64,000 bases of DNA from Candidatus Binatia bacterium (GTDB taxonomy: Bacteria; Desulfobacterota; Binatia; HRBIN30). The notes under the pieces are model-generated. The model was given only the letters and a program-made list of their open reading frames with translations, was not told where the DNA came from and searched no databases. Positions 38,839-48,789 of the stretch are shown one piece after another; position 1 is the first letter of the stretch; every line of letters begins with the position of its first letter. A program made the translations under genes and the position numbers. The stretch lies in the NCBI GenBank assembly GCA_038245295.1, contig JBBRSP010000002.1, positions 160,001 to 224,000 on the forward strand. The letters run 5' to 3'.

Positions 38839-39255
38839 ATGGCAATTGATTTCGAAGACATCGATCTAGGCTACGACCTCGACCCGTTGCAGGTCACGCC
38901 GCAACCGCAGCAGATCCGCGCCTACGCGCTCGCCGCCAACATGCCGGGCGGCCGCTTCATGAGCGATGCGGCGGCCCAGCGCGAAGGCCTGCCGGGGCAG
39001 ATCGTGCCGGGCAACTTCAGCCTGGCGTTGTTCTCGCGCTTGCTCGGCGAGACCCTGCCGGGAGCAACCTTGCTCAAGATGAGCGCCACCTTCCGGGCGA
39101 TGATTCGTCCGGCCGTGCCGCTGGTGGTGCGCGGCGTGGTCATCGAAAAACACTCCGGTGGTGGCGGCGATGAGATTGAATGCGATCTGGTCGTCGAGAG
39201 TGCCGACGGTGACCGCTTCGTCACCGGCACGGCGCGTTTGCGCCTTCCCAAGTAG
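38839..39255 (+). CDS. MaoC-like dehydratase
   Basis: AAAQREGLPGQIVPG..ATFR..GTA hot-dog fold pattern. Confidence 0.8.
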   Translation: MAIDFEDIDLGYDLDPLQVTPQPQQIRAYALAANMPGGRFMSDAAAQREGLPGQIVPGNFSLALFSRLLGETLPGATLLKMSATFRAMIRPAVPLVVRGVVIEKHSGGGGDEIECDLVVESADGDRFVTGTARLRLPK

Positions 39256-39675
39256 ATGACCGAACGCGGCGTACTGCGCGAGCGTCTGCGCAAGATCGAG
39301 GCGTTGATGGCCGGTGCCGCGACGCCCGGCGAGCGTGATGCCGCGCAAGCGGCACGCGAGCGCCTGATGGCGCGCCTCGCCGAGGCACAACGCGAAGGCC
39401 AGGCGCCGGAGATCAAGTTCAAGATGGCCGATAGCTGGTCGCTGCGCCTGTTCGTCGCTCTGTGCCGTCGTTACAAACTCAAACCGTACCGCCAACCACG
39501 CCAGCATCGCACGACCGTGATGGTCCGCGTGCCGCGAACATTCCTCGACACGGTCTTGTGGCCCGAGTTCAAAGAGCTCAACCGCGCCCTGTTCGAGTAC
39601 CTCGACGAAGCCACCGAACGCATCATCCGCGAAGAAGTCTACGCCGACGCCGGTGAGCCGGACACGATTCCGTAG
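39256..39675 (+). CDS. hypothetical protein, DUF2786-like N-terminus
   Basis: LRKIEALMAGAATPGERDAA; LFVALCRRY.L.PYR..RQ..TTVMV. Confidence 0.7.
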   Translation: MTERGVLRERLRKIEALMAGAATPGERDAAQAARERLMARLAEAQREGQAPEIKFKMADSWSLRLFVALCRRYKLKPYRQPRQHRTTVMVRVPRTFLDTVLWPEFKELNRALFEYLDEATERIIREEVYADAGEPDTIP

Positions 39676-39716
39676 CGCGGTCGGGTCACGGATGGCGGAA
39701 ACGGTAGGCGCAGGCT

Positions 39717-40271
39717 TCAGCCTGCGTTCAGACCGCCGGCACTCTGCGCCCGCCGCACCAGTTGCTCACCGCTCAACAGCGGCAATGTATCGCTAACCGG
39801 TCGCCGTCCCTTGAGCTCGCTGTACGTGTGCCGATACCAGCCAGCGCTGACTTCTTCCTCGCTGTAGAGCTGTGCCAGGAATGCATAGGTGGCGGGGTCA
39901 CTCTGCTTGGCGGAATCGCGACCCCGATCGAGCGCCTTCTTGCAGCCGCTCATACGGGCGGCATCGCGCTTGGTGACACGGTTCAGCCCATCGAGCTGCG
40001 CCACAAAGCCCTGCAGATCTTTCAGCTCCGCCAACTGTTCATCCAAGATGGCATCGACACAGGCGGGACCTGGCGCACTACCAAGAGCGCGCAGGCGCTC
40101 GGCCAGCAGGCGCGCATGTGTTGCTTCTCGTTCGGCGATGATCAGATGTCCGGCACGCAGACGCGCATCCGGTTCGAGAGCGGCCCAAGCCACGTAGAGC
40201 CGCGCGCCCCACGCTTCGAGTGCCCGGAAGACGTTCAGACCTTCGAGTATCGCGTCCCGCGCGTTCTCCAT
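39717..40271 (-). CDS. ferritin-like domain protein
   Basis: Helical; EREATH (ExxH), RLRALG. Confidence 0.6.
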   Translation of the reverse strand: MENARDAILEGLNVFRALEAWGARLYVAWAALEPDARLRAGHLIIAEREATHARLLAERLRALGSAPGPACVDAILDEQLAELKDLQGFVAQLDGLNRVTKRDAARMSGCKKALDRGRDSAKQSDPATYAFLAQLYSEEEVSAGWYRHTYSELKGRRPVSDTLPLLSGEQLVRRAQSAGGLNAG

Positions 40272-40434
40272 CGCGACCCTCCACCGTAGATTGGTCGACT
40301 CTGCTTACGCCGACCGGTGGTTCGGTACAATCAGCAAAGGCCGGGAACCGATCTATGCGGTGGTCGCTCGAGGAAGGTAAAGTCGCACCGCCGCCACTCT
40401 TTGTCACAGCTCGCCGTCATAGCTTGTCCACCTC

Positions 40435-40602
40435 CGTCATACCGGCGAAAGCCGGTATCTCGCCGGCTTTCGAGGCTTCCAGCAACCATCCCGGTTTTCA
40501 CCGGGATGACGTTGCTCCACTTTGGTTTTACGACAGTCTCTTTTGCTGGGATGACGTTGCTTCGTTTCAGTTTATCGACAGTCTCCTTCGCCGGGGTGAA
40601 GG
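40435..40602. mobile_element. truncated nested MITE-B composite
   Basis: Two successive MITE ends (..TTTTACGACAGTCTC 40540; ..TTTATCGACAGTCTC 40585), each followed by a 4-nt loop and REP arm; matches the reverse complement of ~50064-50222. Confidence 0.75.
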
Positions 40603-40631
40603 CATATCCAGAAGTTCTGTTTCAGACCAAC

Positions 40632-43600
40632 TCACTCGCCGATGTCCTCGAGCAGGAACTTGAGGGCATCACGATCGAGGGCGCGGGCGAAGCCTTCTTC
40701 GCCGAGGATGTCGCGCACCATCGCGGCCTTCTTCTGCTGCAGCTCCCAGATCTTCTCCTCGATCGTGCCGCGGGCGATCATGCGATAGGCGATGACCGTG
40801 CGGTCCTGACCGATGCGGTGCGTGCGATCGATGGCCTGTGCCTCGGCCGCTGGGTTCCACCACGGGTCGAAGAGCACGACATAACTTGCCGCCGTCAGAT
40901 TCAGCCCGGTGCCGCCGGCTTTGAGGGAGATCAGGAAGACACTCGCCCGTTTGTCTTCTTGAAAGGCGCGCACGACTTGCTCGCGTTTGGTCGTCTGCCC
41001 GGTGAGTTTGTGATGCGCGATGCCGCGTTTCTCCATCTCGGCTTCGAGCAGTTTCAGACATTGCACGAACTGGGAAAACACCAGCACCTTGTGACCTTCC
41101 TCGAGGAGCGGCTCGAGGAGCTCGAAGAGCGCGTCGAATTTGCCCGACCCGAGCTTTGGGTTGCCGTGCGCCAGGGCAGGGTGGCAGCAGATTTGCCGTA
41201 GGCGTGTGAGCGCGGCGAGGATGATGATCTTGTTGCGACGCAGCTCCTGGGGATCGTCAGCGATGTCGTCGACGATCCGACGGCTGCGGCGCAGTTCGGC
41301 AAGGTAGAGCTGCCGTTGGCCCGGCGTGAGCTCGCAGTCGCGCCGCTCTTCGATACGCTCCGGCAGATCGGCCGCGACGTCGCGCTTGAGCCGACGCAGC
41401 AGGATCGGCCGCAGTTTGGCGGCCAGCAGTGTTCGAGAGTGCGGCGGACCATCGAGGCGATCGAAGCGGGCGCTGAAATCGGTGCGGTCGCCGAGATAAC
41501 CAGGATTGACGAAGTTGGTGATGCTCCACAAATCTAGCGGCCGGTTCTCGAGCGGCGTACCGGTCAACGCCAGGCGGTGTTTGGCATTCAGCTCGCACGC
41601 GGCCTGGCTGACAGCAGCGTCGGGATTCTTGATGTTCTGCGCCTCATCCAGAATCGCGGCGCGCAGGGCGACGTCACGCCATTGGTCGAGGTCGAGACGC
41701 AGCAACGCATAGTTCGTGATCACCAGGTCGTAACGACCGATCTGCTTGCGCAACTCATGGCGCTCGGCGCCGCGTTCCAACAACAACACCTTGAGCTTAG
41801 GGGCAAACTGCTGCGCCTCACGCATCCAGTTGTGCATCACTGAAGTCGGGCAGACGACCAGACTCGGTCCACCCTTGGGGTCGGCCTTGATCAGATGCTG
41901 TAGCCACGCCAGGGCCTGCAGCGTCTTGCCGAGACCCATGTCATCGGCGAGCACGGCGCCGATGCCCATGCGCGATGTGTAGGCGAGAAAATCCAGGCCT
42001 TGCCGCTGATACGGCCGCAGCTCGGCGACGATCCGCGCCGGCACCGGCACCTCCGGCACACCCTTGAACGCGCGCAGTTGCTGGCGCAGCTTCGTGAGCG
42101 CCTGCATGGCTTCACGGCTAGCGCCCATCTGCTCAAGCGCAGCGACGCTCTCAGGGCGAGCACCCGACAGTTGCCACAGGGTGATACGTTGCTCGCCGCC
42201 GCCGATCTCGACACCGAGGTCGGCGAGCACGCCGGCCGTCTCGTCGTGCGCTTCGACGGCGTCACGACGCACCCAGCCGCCCGGTAAGCGCACGAAGCGG
42301 TTGGTCGACGATCGCAGCTTGGCCATGTCGCCATCGGTGAGCGACAGCCCTTCCGCTTCCCATTGAGCGGAGACGGCAAACCAATCGAGCCCGCTGGCGC
42401 TCACCTTCAACTTCGGCCGCACGACTTGCGCTCCAGACAGCAGTCGTCGAACACGTTCGGTACCAACGAAACGGATACTGGTCGGTCGGCTGTCCCAAAG
42501 CTCGGCGAGCGCCGCCATGCGGCGCGCCGACGCTTGCATCCACCAACCGACGTTGCGGTCCGGCTCGTCCGGCGCGTTGGCGCCCGGGCGCGCCTTGGTA
42601 CCGGGCTCGGCGCTGCTTCCCTCCAACCACGCCAGAGCCGGTGCGACGGTGTCGGGATCCGGCTCTTCAATCCACGTCTCGCCGATCGGCAGCGTCATGT
42701 CAGCGACGATCGCAGTCTCGGCGGGATCGGTGCTCGCCGCCGACATGGAGGCGATCGCGTCGTAATCCTCCTGAACACTTAGCGGCGACGACGGTACCCG
42801 TCGCTCCCAGCGTCCGACCGGATTGAACTCGAGGACGACGGCTTCTGCACTCGGCTCCTGGTGTGGCAACCACTCGTCGTCGCCCGAGTAGACAAGGACA
42901 CGGATCTGCAACCAATCGTCTTCACGCAGATCCAGCGCAACAACGGCCTTGCCGCGCACATAGCGGGTGTGAGCGGCCAGGGCGTTGCGGACGTGTGGAA
43001 AATGATGCGCCAGGGGCGCCAGGATCTCGGCAAATGATTCGCGCGGCACGTCGAGTCCGCCGACTTCCAGGAGGCGGTCGCGTATCCCATCGGGAGTCTC
43101 TTCGCTCACCGGGTACAGGCAACCATCGGCGATCACGACGGCCGGCGTGCGGGGAAGACTGGTGCTCGGGAAGTAGATGACTTCGTGGATCGAACGTTGG
43201 TGACCATCGGGCCACAGGCACATGAGTTCGAGACGCGCGCCGTTGGGATGATCGATCGGTGTCGGCAAGATACGCAACGGAATTGCGGCGAACCGCAACG
43301 GCTCGCCCGCCACGATCCCTGCCCGAGTGCTCGCCTCAGGCAGCGAATCAGCCGCCCACGTCATGAGAGGACCGGGCTCGTCAACAACCTTGAGCATCGC
43401 GGTCGCCACCGCCGCACTGACTGTTAAACTGTGCGCCCAATAGCCACTGCCGAAGCGCCCGCTGCTCTCGAGGAAGATCGCCAGAAGCTGCTCCTGATCG
43501 CTGGCAAGACTGCCCGGATTGCGTTGCACGTCGCTGAGCAACTGGCGCAGTTGCTCCCATGTGCGCTGCTCGTCGCGAAACCTGCTGCTCGTCAGCCGCG

Positions 43601-44390
43601 GGCTTACACTCATCGCCATGGCGCCGCGCGGCCCACGCACCAAGCCCCATTCAAAACGTAGAGAGCGGCGGCTCGGCGTCTTGCGGTTGGCGGCCCAGGC
43701 GAGCAGGTCGTTGGTGAGTTGCAGCTCGATGCGCCGGGCATGCAGCATCTGCAGATCGCTGCGCTCGCTGAAGGGCTGCAGCTCGACAGGCACGCTGCCG
43801 CCGTTGAGCTGGGCGATTCGACGGCACAGCTCCCAGCAGAGAACTTCGGGATCGGGCTCGGCCAGCACCTCCTCGAAGAGAGGATCGTAGGCACTCACAC
43901 GCTGGAATTGCGGCAGCGAAAGCAAACGCCGCAGGATGGCATGGCGACTCCAGGTATCGCGGGCGTTGGCAAACAGAGCGGCAACATCCATGGCCGTCGG
44001 CGTATCGCGGGGACCGGGAGTTGGCGTCGGGGCGGAGGGCGCCGGGGCGGAGGGCGCCGGGGCGGAAGGCGCCAGAGGCTGTATGCCCGCCGACTGCAGC
44101 AATAGGCGAAGCGTGGCGTAGATATGCTTGCAATTCGATCCGACGGGGCAGGTGCAGCCGCAGGCCCACTCCCCCTCTATCCATACGATATCGACTTCGT
44201 AGCGTTTGCTGCCAATCACCAGTGCAAAGAGCGACGTTCCGTCCCACTGCAGATTAACCACCCGCCGTTGCTGCAAATACTGTGCACCGCGCTGTTGCGT
44301 GCCGGCGTCGAAATGCGACAGCGCCCCTGCCATGGCAGTGATCTGCTCCGGAGAAAACGTCAGCCTCTTGGTCGTTGGATGTCGCGCCAT
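40632..44390 (-). CDS. SWIM zinc finger-SNF2 family helicase
   Basis: CGCTC..CKH; LADDMGLGKT, LDEAQNIKN, LTGTPLEN, FDPWWNPA, QAIDRTHRIGQ; 15-bp x3 repeat (PSAPA) near 44030-44075. Confidence 0.95.
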   Translation of the reverse strand: MARHPTTKRLTFSPEQITAMAGALSHFDAGTQQRGAQYLQQRRVVNLQWDGTSLFALVIGSKRYEVDIVWIEGEWACGCTCPVGSNCKHIYATLRLLLQSAGIQPLAPSAPAPSAPAPSAPTPTPGPRDTPTAMDVAALFANARDTWSRHAILRRLLSLPQFQRVSAYDPLFEEVLAEPDPEVLCWELCRRIAQLNGGSVPVELQPFSERSDLQMLHARRIELQLTNDLLAWAANRKTPSRRSLRFEWGLVRGPRGAMAMSVSPRLTSSRFRDEQRTWEQLRQLLSDVQRNPGSLASDQEQLLAIFLESSGRFGSGYWAHSLTVSAAVATAMLKVVDEPGPLMTWAADSLPEASTRAGIVAGEPLRFAAIPLRILPTPIDHPNGARLELMCLWPDGHQRSIHEVIYFPSTSLPRTPAVVIADGCLYPVSEETPDGIRDRLLEVGGLDVPRESFAEILAPLAHHFPHVRNALAAHTRYVRGKAVVALDLREDDWLQIRVLVYSGDDEWLPHQEPSAEAVVLEFNPVGRWERRVPSSPLSVQEDYDAIASMSAASTDPAETAIVADMTLPIGETWIEEPDPDTVAPALAWLEGSSAEPGTKARPGANAPDEPDRNVGWWMQASARRMAALAELWDSRPTSIRFVGTERVRRLLSGAQVVRPKLKVSASGLDWFAVSAQWEAEGLSLTDGDMAKLRSSTNRFVRLPGGWVRRDAVEAHDETAGVLADLGVEIGGGEQRITLWQLSGARPESVAALEQMGASREAMQALTKLRQQLRAFKGVPEVPVPARIVAELRPYQRQGLDFLAYTSRMGIGAVLADDMGLGKTLQALAWLQHLIKADPKGGPSLVVCPTSVMHNWMREAQQFAPKLKVLLLERGAERHELRKQIGRYDLVITNYALLRLDLDQWRDVALRAAILDEAQNIKNPDAAVSQAACELNAKHRLALTGTPLENRPLDLWSITNFVNPGYLGDRTDFSARFDRLDGPPHSRTLLAAKLRPILLRRLKRDVAADLPERIEERRDCELTPGQRQLYLAELRRSRRIVDDIADDPQELRRNKIIILAALTRLRQICCHPALAHGNPKLGSGKFDALFELLEPLLEEGHKVLVFSQFVQCLKLLEAEMEKRGIAHHKLTGQTTKREQVVRAFQEDKRASVFLISLKAGGTGLNLTAASYVVLFDPWWNPAAEAQAIDRTHRIGQDRTVIAYRMIARGTIEEKIWELQQKKAAMVRDILGEEGFARALDRDALKFLLEDIGE

Positions 44391-44498
44391 GCAATCGCTC
44401 AGATTCGCGCAGGATCAGTCGTTAGGCAACGGGCCGGCGCAGGCTGAATGACCTGCGCCTCCCTCCGCACCGCGTCGATGCGGAAGCAGATGCAAGCC

Positions 44499-45590
44499 TC
44501 AGCTTGCGGCGATACGTCCGTCGTCGAGCCCCAGGATTTTCGCCAATAGTTGGGTGACGATGTTGTTGGTCTCGAGATCGGAATCCGGCGGCAGCACTTC
44601 GTACGAGATCATCATCTGCGCCACACGCATCATGACGACGGCGAAGCGGAAGCCGGCGAAGACTTCGTAGAACTTCATGTGGCGCAATTGCCTTTGCATC
44701 AGCTCTTCGTAGCGCGCGATTGTCGCGGCGTGTGTCGGAAAACCTTCAAGGCGCGGTGTGCCGAGACCTTCGCTGTGATGTTTGTCGAGGAAGAGCCACC
44801 AGGCCAGATCCTGTTGCGGGTCGCCGAGTGTCACCATCTCCCAGTCGAGCACCGCCTGCACCTTGTTGTCGCGGAAGATCATGTTGCCGATGCGCGCGTC
44901 GCCCCAGCACAGGCTGACCGGCTGGTCGTCGGGTAGGTTTGCCTTCAACCACTCCCAGGCCTTCTCGGTGATCGGCTGCGCCTTGCCGCGCGCCGCCCAG
45001 CGGAAGTAGTCGTCGTAGTAACGCATCTGCTGCACCAGCCCCGGCGGGCCGAGCTGCGGGCGCTCGAGAAAGTCAAAGCCGAGCTTCTGCCAGTCGAGCT
45101 TGTGGATGCGCGCCATGGCGTCGAGGGCGTTCCACCAGAACTCGGCGCGGTCCTGCGGCGTGATCTCGGTCACCCAGCCGGCAACGTGGTACGGCGGATT
45201 GTCGCCGGGGATTTGCCCTTCGACCTTGCCCATCACGTAGAACGGTGCGCCGAGGACGCTCTCGTCGTCTTCGAACCAGTACATCTTCGGCACCGGCACG
45301 TCGCTCTTCTGCGCCAGGATCTGCATGACGTTGTACTGCAGGCGGAGATCATACTCCGGGAACACGGCGTAACCCGATGGCTTGATGCGCGCCACGAAAC
45401 CTTGCTCGCGGCGTTGGCCGTCTTGGTCCCACGCCGCATCGAACAGGAGTGTGTCGTTGGAGAAACCTGTCGCGGCTGGTGGTGTCAGGCCGGTGATCTC
45501 GAGTGCGCTGGCGCCGGGCATCTGGCTCTGCAGCCACCGCGCCAGCTTGGTGCGCGTTTCTTCAGGATCGCGTTGCTGCGGAATCGGCAT
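44499..45590 (-). CDS. aminoglycoside-phosphotransferase-like kinase (ACAD10/11 N-terminal type)
   Basis: GAPFYVM, WGDARIGN, VLDWEM. Confidence 0.88.
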   Translation of the reverse strand: MPIPQQRDPEETRTKLARWLQSQMPGASALEITGLTPPAATGFSNDTLLFDAAWDQDGQRREQGFVARIKPSGYAVFPEYDLRLQYNVMQILAQKSDVPVPKMYWFEDDESVLGAPFYVMGKVEGQIPGDNPPYHVAGWVTEITPQDRAEFWWNALDAMARIHKLDWQKLGFDFLERPQLGPPGLVQQMRYYDDYFRWAARGKAQPITEKAWEWLKANLPDDQPVSLCWGDARIGNMIFRDNKVQAVLDWEMVTLGDPQQDLAWWLFLDKHHSEGLGTPRLEGFPTHAATIARYEELMQRQLRHMKFYEVFAGFRFAVVMMRVAQMMISYEVLPPDSDLETNNIVTQLLAKILGLDDGRIAAS

Positions 45591-45602
45591 GGATGCAGTG
45601 CC

Positions 45603-46589
45603 TCACTTCAGGAAGTAGTTGAACTCGGCCCAACCAAGCAGCGGCTTGGAGCCGTCGTCGGGGTGCACACGCACCAGGGCGCGGCGATAGATTGGCCGTT
45701 CCGGTGGCACGAAGGTGTGGGTGATGTCGATCTCCATGGCGCTGATGACTTCGAGCTTGCCGCCGAAGGTCGAGCCGTCCTCGGCGACGACGTCGATGTG
45801 GCCGGCGATCGGCTGCAGGACGTTGTTGTTGTCGAACTTCAGGTCATAGTTCACTTGCGTGAGATTCTGGCTGTTGTCGCGATTGATGTAGCCGACGCTG
45901 ATCGGTCCGCTCATGCCCGGCAACTTCACTTGCACACACATCACGCGCAGGTCGTCGCCATTGAGAGCGAAGAACGTCCACTCCATGTTCCACGGCCGCG
46001 GTCCCCACGAGTGATCGCGTTCGCCGCGGCCATCGAAGGGGATGCTCTTACCGTCGACGTGGATCTCGCCGCTGAGTGTCACCGGCTGCTCGAACCGACA
46101 GGCATCGAACTCGTCAGAGATATGTCCGGGGACGTTGTTGCGCCCGGTGGAGTGTGGCGCGCCGATGCTGACGACATCCAGCGCGGCGGCAACCGGCAAC
46201 ATCATGCCGACGCGGCGGCCGGCGGTGACACGACCGAAACCTTCGAAGCGGAAGCGGCCACGGCGCAACGGCTCGATCGGATCGTAGACCAGGCGCAGAC
46301 CCCAACCCTGATAGGCGATGCGCGGTGTTTGAAAGTCGGCCAGCGGCAGGCGCGGTTCCTCGACGACGATCCACTCGCCGTCGACGTAGAGGTGGAACCA
46401 GATCCAGCCGCGTTTCTGCGACGGAAAGTAGCCGACGCGGCAGTGGCCGGCGACGCTGCCATCGTCGTTGTACCAATCCCAAAACCACGACTCGTTCCAC
46501 CACTCGACGCCCGGGTCGAAGGGGTGCATCGTCTCGTCGCGGAATTGAATGCCGAATTTGGTGAGCTCTTCGTCGCTGATCGTGCTCAT
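45603..46589 (-). CDS. hypothetical beta-rich protein (tocopherol cyclase/AttH-like)
   Basis: WNESWFW, FEQP, GERDHSWGPR.W. Confidence 0.65.
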   Translation of the reverse strand: MSTISDEELTKFGIQFRDETMHPFDPGVEWWNESWFWDWYNDDGSVAGHCRVGYFPSQKRGWIWFHLYVDGEWIVVEEPRLPLADFQTPRIAYQGWGLRLVYDPIEPLRRGRFRFEGFGRVTAGRRVGMMLPVAAALDVVSIGAPHSTGRNNVPGHISDEFDACRFEQPVTLSGEIHVDGKSIPFDGRGERDHSWGPRPWNMEWTFFALNGDDLRVMCVQVKLPGMSGPISVGYINRDNSQNLTQVNYDLKFDNNNVLQPIAGHIDVVAEDGSTFGGKLEVISAMEIDITHTFVPPERPIYRRALVRVHPDDGSKPLLGWAEFNYFLK

Positions 46590-46694
46590 GGGGTGCGTCT
46601 CTACCGCAGGCTGAAGCCTGCGGCTACCTCCGCGCCCTCCGCGCGCGCCTCGTTGATCGCGGGCGCATGTCGGGGCAATGGGTAGGCGCAAGCT

Positions 46695-47354
46695 TCAGCT
46701 TGCGCTGTCGGCGGCGAACGCACCGACTTCCGGCAACAGCACATCGGCGCCGGCGGCCTCGAGCTCCCCACGGGTTGTCGACGTCAGCACGGCGACCGCC
46801 AACATCCCGGCACGCTTGGCCGCTTCGATGCCGTGCACCGAGTCCTCGATCACCGCACAAACCGACGGCGCCAATCCAAGGCGGGACGCGGCGACCAGGA
46901 ACACCTCGGGATCAGGCTTGCCATGGCTCACATCCTCGGCGGTCACGACGGCATCGAGCATCGACGCGGCACCGAGGATTTCGATCACCAAGGAAATGTT
47001 TGCTGCCGGGCCGCTCGAAGCGATTGCCACCTTGGCGCCGTGCTGACGCAATTCGCCGAAGATCTGCGGCACGCGATCGTAAATACGGATAGCGCCGCCG
47101 CGCACCAGGTCGCGGTAGATGGTCTCCTTACGTTCACCGAGCTCATCGATGCGCTGCGGGCTCGCGTCGGCAATCCAAGCCGGGATGATGCTGGCGTTGC
47201 GTTGACCGAAGGTCTGCTGAAAGCGCTCGGCGGTGAACGGAATGCCGACCTCGTCGCCGAGCTGCGCCCAGGCGCGCCGATGCGCCTCGGCGCTGTCGAT
47301 GAGCACGCCATCCATGTCGAAGATCACACCTTTGGGTGGCTGTGGTCTGGTCAT
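46695..47354 (-). CDS. HAD family phosphatase (beta-PGM-like)
   Basis: FDMDGVLIDS, ASS, KPDPE, EDS..GI.AA. Confidence 0.92.
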   Translation of the reverse strand: MTRPQPPKGVIFDMDGVLIDSAEAHRRAWAQLGDEVGIPFTAERFQQTFGQRNASIIPAWIADASPQRIDELGERKETIYRDLVRGGAIRIYDRVPQIFGELRQHGAKVAIASSGPAANISLVIEILGAASMLDAVVTAEDVSHGKPDPEVFLVAASRLGLAPSVCAVIEDSVHGIEAAKRAGMLAVAVLTSTTRGELEAAGADVLLPEVGAFAADSAS

Positions 47355-47530
47355 GCTGTCCGGCGATAGCGTCGCTGGTGCATCTCCGCACTTGGAGGCA
47401 TTTGAGGTAGGGGCGTTCTGCGAGGTGTGGGTTGGGTTGCGGGCGAAGCCAGCGTCGTGCACATTGCGGCCCGCGACGTCGCCGTGTAAGACGGCGCCCG
47501 CACGAACGCCCCGAATCCTAGGAGACCCGA

Positions 47531-48175
47531 ATGGATTTGATCCATCAGTTCCTCGATATCTTTTTGCACCTCGACACCAACCTGAACCTATGGGCCGACA
47601 AGCTGGGGCCGCTGCTGTATGTCCTGCTGTTTGTGATCCTGTTCTGCGAGACCGGGCTCGTGATCACGCCATTCCTGCCGGGCGACTCGCTGTTGTTTGC
47701 CGTCGGCGCCCTGGCAACTGTCGAGAACTCGGTGATCAGCTTGCCGATCATGTTGGTCTTGTTGTGTGTCGCAGCGATCCTCGGTGACGCCGTCAACTAC
47801 GCCATCGGCGCGCGTGTCGGGCCGGCCGTTTTCCGCAGCGAGAACTCCCGCTTCCTCAACAAGCAGCATCTGATGCGGACACACGAGTTCTACGAAAAGT
47901 ACGGCGGCAAGACGATCATCCTGGCGCGTTTCATGCCGATCATTCGTACCTTTGCGCCGTTCGTCGCCGGCATCGGCAAGATGGGTTACTCCAGCTTCGC
48001 CATGTTCAACGTCGTCGGCGGTATCCTATGGGTCAGCTCGTTCCTGCTCGCCGGCTACTTCTTCGGCAACATCCCGGTGGTCAAGAGCAACTTCCACATG
48101 GTCATCCTGGCGATCGTCTTCCTGTCGATCCTGCCGCCGGTGATCGAGTACGTGCGCTCGCGGCGGGAAGCGTAA
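47531..48175 (+). CDS. dedA: DedA family membrane protein
   Basis: FCETGLV.TPFLPGDSLLF, ARFMPIIRTFAPFVAG. Confidence 0.95.
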   Translation: MDLIHQFLDIFLHLDTNLNLWADKLGPLLYVLLFVILFCETGLVITPFLPGDSLLFAVGALATVENSVISLPIMLVLLCVAAILGDAVNYAIGARVGPAVFRSENSRFLNKQHLMRTHEFYEKYGGKTIILARFMPIIRTFAPFVAGIGKMGYSSFAMFNVVGGILWVSSFLLAGYFFGNIPVVKSNFHMVILAIVFLSILPPVIEYVRSRREA

Positions 48176-48198
48176 ACACAGCGCCGCAACAGGAAGGG

Positions 48199-48255
48199 CC
48201 CCCTCTCCCACCTCGAGCGGAACTTCGGACCGTGGGAGAGGGTCGGGGTGAGGGG
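48199..48255. repeat. REP (CCCTCTCCC..GGGAGAGGG..GGGGTGAGGG family)
   Basis: Hairpin between convergent genes; the same family forms the target of the MITE at 50009. Confidence 0.75.
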
Positions 48256-48284
48256 ACTGCACCGCCCCGTCCCGGGCGTGAATT

Positions 48285-48701
48285 TCAGCGCCGTGTCGGT
48301 GTGGCTTTCGCAGAGGGGCGCCGCGGAGCGGCGCGCTCCGGATTCTGAAGCTGCGCCGCGATCTTCTTCGGCGCGGTCATCAAGTATGAATCTTTGACGA
48401 TCTCGGCGACGGCGCTCCAGTCGACCTTGCCGTCGAGGCGCATGCCGATCCAACCTTTGGGGCCGACGTAGGGCGGTACGAAGAAGCGCTGCGGGTCGGC
48501 GCCGACGAGGATTTCCTGGGCTCCTGGTGGTGCTTTGCACCACAGGGCGATGCGGTTGTCGCCGTGGTGGTTGTTGGTGAACATGGTGAACATCTTGGTT
48601 GGGCCGACACGGAAGGTTGGTTCGCCCCAGGCGATCTTCTCTGTGGCCTGCGGCAGGGCGAGGCAGATGGCGCGCAGGCGCTCGAGGGGATCGGCTTTCA
48701 T
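48285..48701 (-). CDS. MmcQ/YjbR family protein
   Basis: LRAICLALP.ATE..WGEPTFRV..RFFVPPYVGPKGWIG. Confidence 0.9.
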   Translation of the reverse strand: MKADPLERLRAICLALPQATEKIAWGEPTFRVGPTKMFTMFTNNHHGDNRIALWCKAPPGAQEILVGADPQRFFVPPYVGPKGWIGMRLDGKVDWSAVAEIVKDSYLMTAPKKIAAQLQNPERAAPRRPSAKATPTRR

Positions 48702-48789
48702 GCGGCTCTCCTGGCGCTGATTTTCGGTCTGGTCAAATGCTGAATGCGTTGCCGGTGGCGTAGCCTCGAGCGCAAGCTGAAGCTTGCGC

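Noticed and set aside
40632..44390. SWIM-SNF2 helicase as part of an anti-phage system
   Set aside because: Stand-alone, with no adjacent nuclease, methylase or other defence gene; this architecture is widespread.
45102..46685. Long antisense ORFs (527 aa here; also 19357-20289, 26118-27095, 61200-62357)
   Set aside because: Shadow frames of well-supported genes in high-GC DNA.
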